34,640 nt of DNA, from contig CAZJUB010000025.1 in NCBI GenBank assembly GCA_964549075.1, forward strand, positions 247-34,886. The letters are read 5' to 3'. Made by a program: the position numbers and the translations under genes. The DNA is from an uncultured archaeon (lineage in GTDB: Archaea > Asgardarchaeota > Heimdallarchaeia > Heimdallarchaeales > Heimdallarchaeaceae). Shown here one piece after another: positions 8,627 to 18,150 of the stretch (positions within the stretch are counted from its first letter, which is position 1; each line of letters opens with the position of its first letter). The notes under the pieces were generated by a model. It saw only the letters and a program-made list of their open reading frames with translations. It did not search any database and was not told where the DNA came from.

Positions 8627-9454
8627 ATGAGTAAGATTAAACCTTCTTATAGTATTTTCTCAAATGGAATTCCTTATGCTAAAATTGGTTTTGGAAAAAA
8701 GGTTATGCTCATCCTTCAAGGAGGACTAGTTAATGAAATTCCAAAGGGATCGGCATTTACTATGTTTGCAAAACCGTTCTACATGTTCTTGCATGAATAT
8801 ACAGTTTATTTTGTCACTAGAAAATCTAGATTACCTGAAAATTATTCTACTTTGGATATGGCAAATGATTATGCAAATTTAATCAATGAGGAATTTGATA
8901 GCAATGTGGATGTGATAATTGGCATTTCTTTTGGTGGATATATAGTTCAGCATTTAGCTGCTGATTATCCTGAAATGAGTAATTACTTCGTAATAGTTAT
9001 GGCTTCTTACAAATGTTCAGATAAAGGAGTAAAATTTGTTTTAGAGTATTCAAGATATATGAACGAAGGGAAATCTGGAAAAGCATTTTCAACAATTTCA
9101 AATGTTTTTATACCTAATAAAGTTATAAGATTCTTTCTAAAACCTTTTTTCTATATCTTTGGAATATTCATGAAACCTGCAAGTGAAACTTTTAAACAAG
9201 ATTTAGCTGTAGAAGTTAAAGCAGAAGCAAAGCATGATACTAAAAACAGACTAAAAGAAATAACTAAACCAACGCTTGTTATCTGTGGAGACAAGGATTT
9301 TTTTGTACCACTTAATCATCTTCGAGAAATGGAAAAACTAATACCGAATGCAACTGTGAAAATCTATGAAAGGGAAGGACACAACATAGTAAACAATAAC
9401 AGATTTACTAAAGATATTGCTATTTTCATAAAAAAACAAGAAGTTGTCTTATGA
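8627..9454 (+). CDS. Alpha/beta hydrolase
   Basis: Nucleophile elbow GISFGG, acid in GDKD, and His in EGHN. Confidence 0.88.
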   Translation: MSKIKPSYSIFSNGIPYAKIGFGKKVMLILQGGLVNEIPKGSAFTMFAKPFYMFLHEYTVYFVTRKSRLPENYSTLDMANDYANLINEEFDSNVDVIIGISFGGYIVQHLAADYPEMSNYFVIVMASYKCSDKGVKFVLEYSRYMNEGKSGKAFSTISNVFIPNKVIRFFLKPFFYIFGIFMKPASETFKQDLAVEVKAEAKHDTKNRLKEITKPTLVICGDKDFFVPLNHLREMEKLIPNATVKIYEREGHNIVNNNRFTKDIAIFIKKQEVVL

Positions 9455-9466
9455 TTACTATTTCTG

Positions 9467-10759
9467 CTATTCAGTCCAGTTTTTAGCAATCAAAAGAATA
9501 ACTTCAGTTGCTTTTTGCAACGCTTTAGTCGGAATATATTCTTTTCTTGAATGGAAAAGCATTCCTCCTGCGAACAGATTAGGTGTAGGTAGACCCTTTG
9601 CTGATAACCTTGCTCCATCTGTTCCCCCTCTTATAGCTGTGTGTTTTACTTCTAAATCAGATTCAATGATTGCTTTTTCAGCTTTTTCCACTACTTCAGG
9701 AAAAGGATCTAGAAAGACTTTCATATTTTCATAGCTATGAGTGAAATCCAATTTTATTGTCAATCCCTTATACAATTTTTCAAACGTATCTTTTAACGAT
9801 TTCAAATATTCCATTCTTTGTTTGTTTTCTTCTTCTTTAAAATCTCTTAGAATCATTTTCGCTTCTGCTTTTTCTGCTCCACCTTTCAAATCGTAAAGAT
9901 GATAAAATCCTTCTCGTTTTTCTGTGTGCTCTGGTGTTTCAAATTCTGGGATTTGACTAAGAAATCTTGCAGCAACATCAATAGCATTGATCATTTTGTT
10001 TTTTGCGTAACCAGGATGCACACTTAACCCTAGAAACTCGATTTCTGCTTTCCAAGCGTCAAAACATTCTATTTCTAATTGTCCCATTTCTCCTCCATCT
10101 AATGTATATCCACATTTGAGTTGTTTCATTTTTTGCATGTCTATCATCAAAGTTCCTTCTCCTATTTCTTCATCTGGTGTGAAACAGATGGTTATTGGCC
10201 CGTGTTTTAGTTCGGGATATTTTTTCCAAGCTGTTAAGGCTGCCATTATTTCTGCTACTCCAGCTTTATCATCAGCTCCAAGAAGAGTATCCCCAGATGC
10301 TGTGATAATATCTAATCCTATCATGTCTTTTAATTCAGGTGAATCTTCAATTGAAATAGTAAGCTCTTTATCATTTGGAAAAGTAATAACTGATCCATCA
10401 TAATTTTTGTGTATCTGATATTTGACATTCCTTCCACTAGCTGCAGAAGAGGTATCCATATGAGCTAGAAAGCCAATAGAGGGAGTATCTTCATGTCCTT
10501 GACTAGCAGGTAAATCTGCATAAACATAACCATACTCATCGTGAATGACATTCATTAAACCAAGTTCCAGAAGTTCCTCTTTCAACAATTTTCCTAGTTC
10601 TAGTTGTTCTGGAGTAGAGGGGTGAGTTCCTGTGTTTTCTGAAGAAGTCGTTTCTAGTTGTATATATTTGAGAAATCTTTCTACAGCATTTTCTTGTATG
10701 AAATTTTGTATTTCTGTTGATAAATCCATTTTATTCGTTTGAATTACGATAACTAGCAT
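9467..10759 (-). CDS. pepT: Peptidase T (M20B tripeptidase)
   Basis: AHMDTS, LLGADDKAG, FTPDEEIG, HPGYAKNKMINA, IRGGTDGARLS and FHSRKE motifs. The true start may be ATG 10729. Confidence 0.95.
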   Translation of the reverse strand: MLVIVIQTNKMDLSTEIQNFIQENAVERFLKYIQLETTSSENTGTHPSTPEQLELGKLLKEELLELGLMNVIHDEYGYVYADLPASQGHEDTPSIGFLAHMDTSSAASGRNVKYQIHKNYDGSVITFPNDKELTISIEDSPELKDMIGLDIITASGDTLLGADDKAGVAEIMAALTAWKKYPELKHGPITICFTPDEEIGEGTLMIDMQKMKQLKCGYTLDGGEMGQLEIECFDAWKAEIEFLGLSVHPGYAKNKMINAIDVAARFLSQIPEFETPEHTEKREGFYHLYDLKGGAEKAEAKMILRDFKEEENKQRMEYLKSLKDTFEKLYKGLTIKLDFTHSYENMKVFLDPFPEVVEKAEKAIIESDLEVKHTAIRGGTDGARLSAKGLPTPNLFAGGMLFHSRKEYIPTKALQKATEVILLIAKNWTE

Positions 10760-10791
10760 TAATAAGTTTTCTAATTTTAAAAAAATTTATT

Positions 10792-11247
10792 ATGATTTGT
10801 GCACTAAGCTTATTGGTAAAGTTGTCAGACTCAGATATATCTAATGATGAGCAAAAGATTAGTAAAATTCTTCATGATGCTTTTGGATGGGCTTTGACTA
10901 AAGATAGAAATTTGTTTGAGAGTATTTTCTCTAATGATGATGATTTTTTCTCTTATTTTCCTGATTCTCAAAGTACAGCTATGGGTTGGAATCAATTTGT
11001 GAAATTTCTAGATGAATGGATGGATCCAAGGAATATAGCTAAAGGATATGACATTAGAAACCTTAGAATAGTAATATCAGAGAATAAAGATATAGCTTGG
11101 TTCTCTGCCATTGTAGATGATGAAGGAGAATTTGATGGTAAGCCATGGGGATCAAAAAACGTCAGATGGACAGGAGTTCTTGAGAAAAGAGATGGAAACT
11201 GGAAAATCTGTCAACAACATCTATCTGAAGCTAATGATACAATATAA
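10792..11247 (+). CDS. SnoaL-like / NTF2-fold protein
   Basis: C-terminal RWTGVLEKRDGNWKICQQHLS and DIAWFS pattern. The start is uncertain. Confidence 0.8.
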   Translation: MICALSLLVKLSDSDISNDEQKISKILHDAFGWALTKDRNLFESIFSNDDDFFSYFPDSQSTAMGWNQFVKFLDEWMDPRNIAKGYDIRNLRIVISENKDIAWFSAIVDDEGEFDGKPWGSKNVRWTGVLEKRDGNWKICQQHLSEANDTI

Positions 11248-11296
11248 AATAAGAAACAAGAATTATATTTAAAAACATCTTTTTATCTCTTAGATT

Positions 11297-12190
11297 ATGT
11301 TGGATGAAAAATACAATCAAATCTTTACTTTGAAAGATGGTAGAAAACTAGGTTATGCTGAATTTGGTGATCCTAGTGGAAAACCTGTTATTTATTTCCA
11401 TGGTTGGTTAGGAGGGAGGTTAGATCCGTACGTTTGTGTTCTTTTTGAGAAAGAGATTGGTTGTAGGATAATTTCGGTAGATAGACCTGGGATAGGATTA
11501 TCAGATTTTAAGAAGAATAGAACTATACTCGACTGGTCTGATGATGTTGTAGAATTAGCAAATCACTTGGGTATAGAAAAATTCCATGTGTTAGGTATGT
11601 CAGGAGGAGGACCATATGTTGCAGCTTGTGCGTACAAAATCCCAGAAAGATTGCTTTCTGCTGGGATTATTGGAGGGATGGGTCCATATGAAGAAACTAA
11701 AAGAATGTTAAAAAATCCCAATAGATTTCTCTTTGTTTTATTTGATAAAATTCCATTTTCAATAAAATTAATTCTTTATCCCATGTGGAATCGTTTTCTT
11801 AAAATGAAATTCGATGAAAAAGCAAGAAGGATGTTAGCACGACAAGGAAGTAGATTACCCAAACCAGATAAGGTATTTTATGAAGATTCGATATTTCAAG
11901 AATTTCTCTTAAATCATCTAAAAGACATATTACAACAAAAAACTAAGAAAGGTGCATTTACTGATGGAAAATTATTTACAAAACCTTGGAATTTTTCATT
12001 GGAGGAAATTTCTGAGGATTTGAAATTTTACATCTGGCATGGAGAATTAGATAAAAATGTTCCAATAGAGATAGGCAAATATTACGCTTCAAAAGTGTCA
12101 AATTCTACCGCTTTCTTTTATCCGGATGAAGCTCATTTATCAGTGTTAGTAAATAAAATAGAAGAAATAGTCGAAGTACTAAATCAATAA
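11297..12190 (+). CDS. Alpha/beta hydrolase
   Basis: DGRKLGYAEFGDP, YFHG, DRPGIG, GMSGGG elbow, WHGELD and EAH. Confidence 0.9.
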   Translation: MLDEKYNQIFTLKDGRKLGYAEFGDPSGKPVIYFHGWLGGRLDPYVCVLFEKEIGCRIISVDRPGIGLSDFKKNRTILDWSDDVVELANHLGIEKFHVLGMSGGGPYVAACAYKIPERLLSAGIIGGMGPYEETKRMLKNPNRFLFVLFDKIPFSIKLILYPMWNRFLKMKFDEKARRMLARQGSRLPKPDKVFYEDSIFQEFLLNHLKDILQQKTKKGAFTDGKLFTKPWNFSLEEISEDLKFYIWHGELDKNVPIEIGKYYASKVSNSTAFFYPDEAHLSVLVNKIEEIVEVLNQ

Positions 12191-12210
12191 TATAATCTCA
12201 AATGCTTGAA

Positions 12211-13002
12211 TCATAATCTTATGAATTGTCTACTTCCGCAATTCTTACAACCTTTTATAGAACAATTAGAACAAGTAAGGACTCCACATTTGGAGCATTT
12301 TGAAGTAGCTACATTATCACAGGTAGGACATTTTTTGGTTTGTATTCTTGTTTTTAATTTAGTATAACCAAAAACAGATAAAGCGATTAATCCAAGAACA
12401 CCAACTACTTCCGCAATAGTTATCAGAATATTTGATATATCTGATCCTCCGGAATTAATGGGACCTGGTCCTTCTTCTAAGAGATATTCTATTGCACTAG
12501 TCATTGCAGGTTTTGTTTCTTCATTTGAAAAACCACTATCTGTCCACTGAATAGACCCATCCTGATCTATTATGTAGAATGTGGGAACACTTCCAGTACC
12601 ATATGCACTATTTATTAGTCCTCCTTGATCTAAACTCACTATCCAATCCATGTTTTCTTCTTGGCGGAAAGTTGATACAACTTCTTGTGTCTCGCTTTGA
12701 TCAGCATCAACAGAAATTATACGTAGTTGACTTTGAGAGTATTGAGAGTTAAGTTGTATGAGAAAGGGGATAGAAATCTGACATGGTGAGCACCAAGTTG
12801 CAAACAAATCTAGTATAACTACAGTTCCGCGAAAATCAGAAAGTGAGTAAGTAGAACCAGAATCAACATCTCTAACTGAAAAATCAGTAGCTGCTTGTTT
12901 AATATCAAAAGCATAGGTTCCTGAGATAGTATCTGTTTTAACAAACGAAATCATTGGAATAGCTAGTAATATAACAACTAGCAATGACTTTCTTAGTAAC
13001 AT
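12211..13002 (-). CDS. TlpA-like thiol-disulfide oxidoreductase fused via a TM helix to a C-terminal 8-Cys zinc finger
   Basis: Signal peptide, LDLFATWCSPC, cis-Pro VPTFYIID, TM helix, then CPTC-x7-CSKC-x4-CSNC-x4-CKNC. Confidence 0.88.
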   Translation of the reverse strand: MLLRKSLLVVILLAIPMISFVKTDTISGTYAFDIKQAATDFSVRDVDSGSTYSLSDFRGTVVILDLFATWCSPCQISIPFLIQLNSQYSQSQLRIISVDADQSETQEVVSTFRQEENMDWIVSLDQGGLINSAYGTGSVPTFYIIDQDGSIQWTDSGFSNEETKPAMTSAIEYLLEEGPGPINSGGSDISNILITIAEVVGVLGLIALSVFGYTKLKTRIQTKKCPTCDNVATSKCSKCGVLTCSNCSIKGCKNCGSRQFIRL

Positions 13003-13122
13003 TATACAAAAAATGTCAAAGTATGATATTTGAATTTTATCGAATTACAAAAACTGACAACTGTTTAAAATTTTTCGTTGGAAATAAGTAGTCTTTTTAT
13101 GTTAAACTAAATATGAATATAT

Positions 13123-14115
13123 ATGGAAATTTTTCCAATTGCTTGTGAATCTTTAGGAACAAGATCCTTCGCTCATTTTGTTAAAACAGAAAATATTAAC
13201 ATCTTAATAGATCCTTCTGTTTCTCTTGCACCCGTAAGATTCAAACTACTTCCTCATCCTTTAGAAGTAGCAGTAGCATGGAAATCTCGACAAACTTTAT
13301 TGAAGTTAATTAAACACTCAGATATCATAATTCAAACCCATTATCATGGAGATCATTTTACTTTAGGAGAAAGAAGAATTTACGAATTTAGCAATAGAAA
13401 GGTTTTCAATCAAACCTATACCTCAGAAGCTCATATACTTGCTAAAGATCCTGAAAACAATTTAAATTATAATCAACAAAAACGTGCAAAATGGTTATGG
13501 AATAAACAAGGTTTGCATATCGATATAGCAGATGGTATGGATTATAAATTTGAACAAACAAAGATTAAATTTTCTCAAGCTGTCCCTCATGGTTATGATA
13601 CTCAAAGAGGATCAGTAGTCGAAACCTACATCGAAGATTCAGAAAGCAGTTACCTCTATACTTCAGATGTAAGTGGTCCAGCTTCCAAAAATGCCTTGTC
13701 TTTTATGTTGGAAAGTAATCCTGATGTTGTTGTTCTAGATGGTCCATCAAGTTACCATCCAAACGTATCTAGAGAAGAAATTAATCTAGCTTATGAAATT
13801 TTATCTACTTTAGCTGAACAATTTCCTAAATTATACATAGATCATCATTTTCTAAGAACTTTAGATTGGAAAGAAATTTTGAAAGAAAGAATAGGTAAGG
13901 TTTTACCAGCTTTTAGTGAGCTGAGACAACAAGAACCTATGTTACTCGAAGCAAGAAGAAAAGAACTTTATCAACAGATTAGTTTTCCTAAAGATTTTCA
14001 TTCAAAATTTCAATATGAAGGATATAGTACAGAATATTTTGAGCAATTATTAAAACAACAAAACTTAGAATCTTATTGGAATAATATTCTTGATTTCGCA
14101 AATAATGAAAATTAA
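13123..14115 (+). CDS. UPF0282-family metallo-beta-lactamase-fold hydrolase
   Basis: ESLGTRS, LIDPSVSLAP.RF.L.PHP, THYHGDH, VPHG, TSDVSGP and DHHFLR motifs. Confidence 0.85.
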   Translation: MEIFPIACESLGTRSFAHFVKTENINILIDPSVSLAPVRFKLLPHPLEVAVAWKSRQTLLKLIKHSDIIIQTHYHGDHFTLGERRIYEFSNRKVFNQTYTSEAHILAKDPENNLNYNQQKRAKWLWNKQGLHIDIADGMDYKFEQTKIKFSQAVPHGYDTQRGSVVETYIEDSESSYLYTSDVSGPASKNALSFMLESNPDVVVLDGPSSYHPNVSREEINLAYEILSTLAEQFPKLYIDHHFLRTLDWKEILKERIGKVLPAFSELRQQEPMLLEARRKELYQQISFPKDFHSKFQYEGYSTEYFEQLLKQQNLESYWNNILDFANNEN

Positions 14116-14702
14116 TTGAGTTTAGATTTTCTCCTTTTTACTAAGATAATGCTAACAACTAATACAGAAGTTAAAGCATAAAGAAAATTCAAATTCATAG
14201 AATTAGTTCCGTTTTGAACCTTTCCAGCATCAAACATGATTTCGTTATTGATTGGTTCTATGGTCGGAAGTCCCATAAAATTTTCTAAGTTAGGAACATA
14301 TGCAATAGTAGCATTATCATAATAAATTTGTATTCGAAAACCTATTTGCATTCCTACAGGGAAATCTACTGTATAGTTTCCTTCATATCTTACAGATGTA
14401 GGACATCTAATTAAAGTGGGAATTTCATGCATTGAAATATAGACATAATCACACAAACATATCATGTCTTCAGTTATTTTGAAAAGGTATAACTTAGCAA
14501 CTGAAACATTTGAGTTACAATCAAACTGTACCTTAACTGACATATTTTGACCATAAACTATAGGATTTGGTGAAAGCTCTATACTAGCTATCGCATATGG
14601 ATATGAGCTCACTTTATCTATCGTTTGAGTGTTTATGAATGTCATTGAAAGAAATAGAATTAATAAGATAATGTTTAAATTTTTATTCATTGTAAATGAC
14701 AT
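14112..14702 (-). CDS. Hypothetical Cys-containing surface protein with C-terminal anchor (paralog of the next gene)
   Basis: Signal peptide, beta-rich domain, C-terminal TM plus KRRKSK. Shares PxPxxxGxNMxV, YEG, GFxIxIxY, VP, IEP and FDAGxVQ with 14745..15299. Confidence 0.8.
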   Translation of the reverse strand: MSFTMNKNLNIILLILFLSMTFINTQTIDKVSSYPYAIASIELSPNPIVYGQNMSVKVQFDCNSNVSVAKLYLFKITEDMICLCDYVYISMHEIPTLIRCPTSVRYEGNYTVDFPVGMQIGFRIQIYYDNATIAYVPNLENFMGLPTIEPINNEIMFDAGKVQNGTNSMNLNFLYALTSVLVVSIILVKRRKSKLN

Positions 14703-14744
14703 TTATCTTAATAAAATAAAAATCTTTTAGAAAAATTAAGAGAA

Positions 14745-15299
14745 TTATTTCTTAAGACTTTTCTTTTTTTTAGCTACAACAGATATGGATCCTATTGCTA
14801 AGATAGTACCTACAATTCCACAACATATTGTTTCATCTGTTGCATCTTGAACAGTGCCTGCATCGAAATAATAGAAACCAGTTAAAGGCTCTATGATAGC
14901 CATATCTTGAAATTCAGGTGTTTCTGGTACTATTGTTGCTGGAGTATCGTTAATATAATTTATTTTAATATGAAAACCAACTGTTGTCCCTGCATCATAA
15001 TTTATTAAGAATATTCCTTCATAAATTCCTTGACTTGTCTCTATCATATCGATAGGAGATTCACAGAGGAAATCAGGAGTAATAGTACAGATTAAAAGAT
15101 CCACTGATGAAATATTGGTTGTATCATAAAAAATTGCAGTAACTGTCATATTTTTTCCACTAATAAGTGGAGAAGGATTATATTCAATTGATAAGATACC
15201 ATAGTCACTATTTGCGTAAACTTGGGAATTTACTAAAAAAGCTGTTACACATAAAACAATAAGAGGAATAGGCAATGATAATTTTGTTTTCATTTTCAT
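14745..15299 (-). CDS. Hypothetical Cys-containing surface protein with C-terminal anchor
   Basis: The ORF track starts at 15308, but ATG 15299 follows an AGGTGG RBS at the end of the ccdA fusion. Signal peptide, C-x7-C, and TICCG-TM-KKKK tail. Confidence 0.8.
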   Translation of the reverse strand: MKMKTKLSLPIPLIVLCVTAFLVNSQVYANSDYGILSIEYNPSPLISGKNMTVTAIFYDTTNISSVDLLICTITPDFLCESPIDMIETSQGIYEGIFLINYDAGTTVGFHIKINYINDTPATIVPETPEFQDMAIIEPLTGFYYFDAGTVQDATDETICCGIVGTILAIGSISVVAKKKKSLKK

Positions 15300-15300
15300 T

Positions 15301-16587
15301 TTAACCACCTAAGAAAAATTCCAATAATAAATATATCCCTACACCAACTAAAACTACTCCGCTGATTTTCTTTATAATATTTGTACCCGCTTTAAGTTTC
15401 TGCAATATTGCATCTCTAGATACACTTATCAAAAGAGTTGCTCCTACCATTAAGAGTATTATAGTTATTGCAAAAGCAAGATAAGCAAAAACCATTTTCA
15501 AAACTGTTTCTTGTGCTGAGACTTGAAGACTAAAAGCAATAAAGATTGGAGCATTACAACCTAAAGAAGCTAAACCGTATCCTAATCCATATAGAAAAGT
15601 ACTAGAGAATTTCGATAGATTAGAATCTTTTTCTTTGTTTTCTGACGATATTTGCTTTTTACGTATCCAACTAAGAACTTTAGATAATGAAAACTCTAAT
15701 CTTGTGAACATTATAATTCCAAAAATTATGAAGATTCCCCCAATAATTGGAAGAGCATATACTAAATATGGAAGTATAGAGTTTCCAACTGCACTTACTG
15801 CTACACCTATAACTAAATAACTAATGAGAATACCAATTCCACTGCTTAAACCGAGTAAAGGATACAACCACATTTTACGTCTATTTCTCGTTGATTCTTT
15901 TCCTTCTGTATCTTCCTCTTCTTTTTTCACATCCATTCCGAGGATATGTGCAACATAACTTGGTAATAACGGAAATGAACAAGGTGAGAAGAACGAAGTG
16001 ATAGCAACAACAATCGCAAAGCCAATAACAACTCCTTCGTAACTAGTTATTCCAATACTAACATTTTCACATTCAATAGTCTCAAGTAAAGCTGTTTTTA
16101 AGTCATTTTTTGGTATAATCCCCATATCAGAATAGGTTATATTTCCTTCAGCATTTATGATAATAAAAGTAGGAGTTTGCGAAACGCCATATTCAATTTG
16201 CATCCCATCAGGTGCAATCACAGAGATCCAAGTCATATTTTCAACTAACGCATGATTCTCTAAATCTGTAAGATTATCATCAATAACTATATCAACCGAA
16301 ATGAGCTCAAATTTTCCTACCAATTCAGCATCATAATAGAGTTCATTGAGAATAGGGTTCATCGCTTTACAAGGAACGCACGAGATACTCATGAAATCTA
16401 ATAAAACTGTTTTTGGCTCTAAATCAGATAAAGAAAAGACTGTACCATTTGTGCTTTGTAATACATAGTCAGGAGCAACAGTTAACTCTGTTCCAAATGA
16501 TTGAATGATGAAGTATACTCCAACAGCTCCACCAATAATCAATATAGATGCGATTAGTATAGCAAGTTGACTCTTCTTCACACGCAT
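15301..16587 (-). CDS. ccdA: Redoxin (CVPC) plus CcdA/DsbD transmembrane domain fusion
   Basis: N-terminal anchor, LDFMSISCVPC, TPTF, then 6 TM helices with FFSPCSFPLLPSY and SLGCNAPIF (the two CcdA cysteines). Track start is TTG 16593. Confidence 0.9.
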   Translation of the reverse strand: MRVKKSQLAILIASILIIGGAVGVYFIIQSFGTELTVAPDYVLQSTNGTVFSLSDLEPKTVLLDFMSISCVPCKAMNPILNELYYDAELVGKFELISVDIVIDDNLTDLENHALVENMTWISVIAPDGMQIEYGVSQTPTFIIINAEGNITYSDMGIIPKNDLKTALLETIECENVSIGITSYEGVVIGFAIVVAITSFFSPCSFPLLPSYVAHILGMDVKKEEEDTEGKESTRNRRKMWLYPLLGLSSGIGILISYLVIGVAVSAVGNSILPYLVYALPIIGGIFIIFGIIMFTRLEFSLSKVLSWIRKKQISSENKEKDSNLSKFSSTFLYGLGYGLASLGCNAPIFIAFSLQVSAQETVLKMVFAYLAFAITIILLMVGATLLISVSRDAILQKLKAGTNIIKKISGVVLVGVGIYLLLEFFLGG

Positions 16588-16649
16588 GTGCAAATATAGT
16601 CATTTAAAAATCATTGGTTTTGAAAAAAAAAGTAGAAAAAAAGAGAGTG

Positions 16650-17969
16650 TTATCTTCTCTTTCGAATAAGAATAATAGTAATCAAACCCACTAAAATTGA
16701 AAGAGGTAAGAAAAGAGTAAAATTACTTTCTCCTGGAGTTTCTGTCTCTGAAGGTGTTGTAGTTGGAGGTTCTGCTACAGCTAAATCTTCAGTTACTTCA
16801 TTGCCTACTGCATCGCGAACAACTATATGCGCTGTGAGTTCCCAAGGCATTACTTGTGAGTACAGTAATTCTGCTGAAGCTACCATATGAGTAACGTTGT
16901 AATTTTCAAAAGTTGCAGCTTTCTTGATAGTTGATCCTACCATGAACCAGACATCTTTCTTCAAAAATAAGAGATCTTCCTCTAAAGTTGCAAATACGGT
17001 AACATTGTATCTAATGTCAGAAACTTCATGCCATTCGACAGCTGTGTTGCTAATTGTTGGTGGACCAGAATCGATGTATTGAGTAACTGGAAGATAGTTC
17101 ACAGCTGTCAAATTAGAATGATTCCAATAATCTTTGACATAAATTTGCAGTTCTAGATTAGCTAGTGGATAAAGGAATGATGGATCAAGTGTTATCGCTT
17201 GGTTGAAGGCATAATAACTCCCCATATCTTCATAATTAAGATGAAAAATCACTGCCTCACCATTTACAATCCTTAAATCAAGTTGTTTGATGTTTCTATC
17301 TTCATAAACCCATCCTGAAACATAGAATCTAGGATTGAATATAGATAATTCTGTTGTATTATAGAAAGTAAGATCTGTAAAATATGGAGTTACTGTGTCG
17401 TCTGGGAGTAGAGAACCTAATAAAGTTCTTACAGTAGCTTCATCAAATCCTATTTCTGAATAGACTACATGTCCTGTTTGATTGAGGATATACATTGTTG
17501 GAATAAATCCAGATCCATAATTTAGATGATCCCAAATAAGAGAATTATTTTCATCATACATAGGATCAGAACCTACAATCCAATCCATACCATAATTATC
17601 TCGGAATCCTGAGATTAGAGCTTCAGATTCAGAAGGGTCTACATCTATTGATATTAGTTGAAACATATTTTCAGGATACAATAAATATAATTCCCGTATT
17701 GTAGGAAGGGCAGCAATACAAGGACCACACCAAGTAGCGAAGAAATCAAGCATCACGATTTTTCCTTGAAAATCAGACAATGAATACTCAATATGACTAT
17801 CGACATCAGTTATGTTAAAATCAGGAGCTAAAGTGTAATCATCAACCATATTTATCTTGTTCTCTTTACCATTTGAAGGCACAGTGGCGTTAATAGTTCC
17901 TAAGTTGTTTATTATGAATACAGGTAAAACCATAATCACAATTAAAACGAATACTTTTTTGTTCTTCAT
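16650..17969 (-). CDS. Surface-anchored TlpA-like oxidoreductase with additional beta-rich domains
   Basis: Signal peptide, LDFFATWCGPC, IPTMYIL, Ig-like segments, Thr/Pro/Glu linker, TM and RKRR. Track start is TTG 17978. Confidence 0.88.
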   Translation of the reverse strand: MKNKKVFVLIVIMVLPVFIINNLGTINATVPSNGKENKINMVDDYTLAPDFNITDVDSHIEYSLSDFQGKIVMLDFFATWCGPCIAALPTIRELYLLYPENMFQLISIDVDPSESEALISGFRDNYGMDWIVGSDPMYDENNSLIWDHLNYGSGFIPTMYILNQTGHVVYSEIGFDEATVRTLLGSLLPDDTVTPYFTDLTFYNTTELSIFNPRFYVSGWVYEDRNIKQLDLRIVNGEAVIFHLNYEDMGSYYAFNQAITLDPSFLYPLANLELQIYVKDYWNHSNLTAVNYLPVTQYIDSGPPTISNTAVEWHEVSDIRYNVTVFATLEEDLLFLKKDVWFMVGSTIKKAATFENYNVTHMVASAELLYSQVMPWELTAHIVVRDAVGNEVTEDLAVAEPPTTTPSETETPGESNFTLFLPLSILVGLITIILIRKRR

Positions 17970-18026
17970 AAATTTCAAAAAAAACAGTTATATTTCAATT
18001 TTACCTTTAACAAAAAAATAATGTAG

Positions 18027-18141
18027 AAAAAAAAAACAACCTATAAGACATTTGATTTGTTTTATTCAATATAGTAGTTCTTATATAGGTTGGTGAGAAA
18101 AGACTATTGGTTGTGAGTAATTTGTTTTATTTCTCACAACC
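18027..18141 (-). promoter_or_regulatory. Structured intergenic element: alternative hairpins ending in a stem plus T10 (terminator/attenuator-like)
   Basis: Inverted repeats 18109-18121/18129-18141 and 18037-18048/18079-18092, a competing arm at 18088-18100, and A10 at 18027-18036. Confidence 0.5.
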
Positions 18142-18150
18142 CTCCCTCCC

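Noticed and set aside
15301-16587. Assigning the ccdA cluster to cytochrome c maturation
   Set aside because: No CxxCH protein or ccm/ccs gene is in the window, so the role cannot be supported from this sequence.
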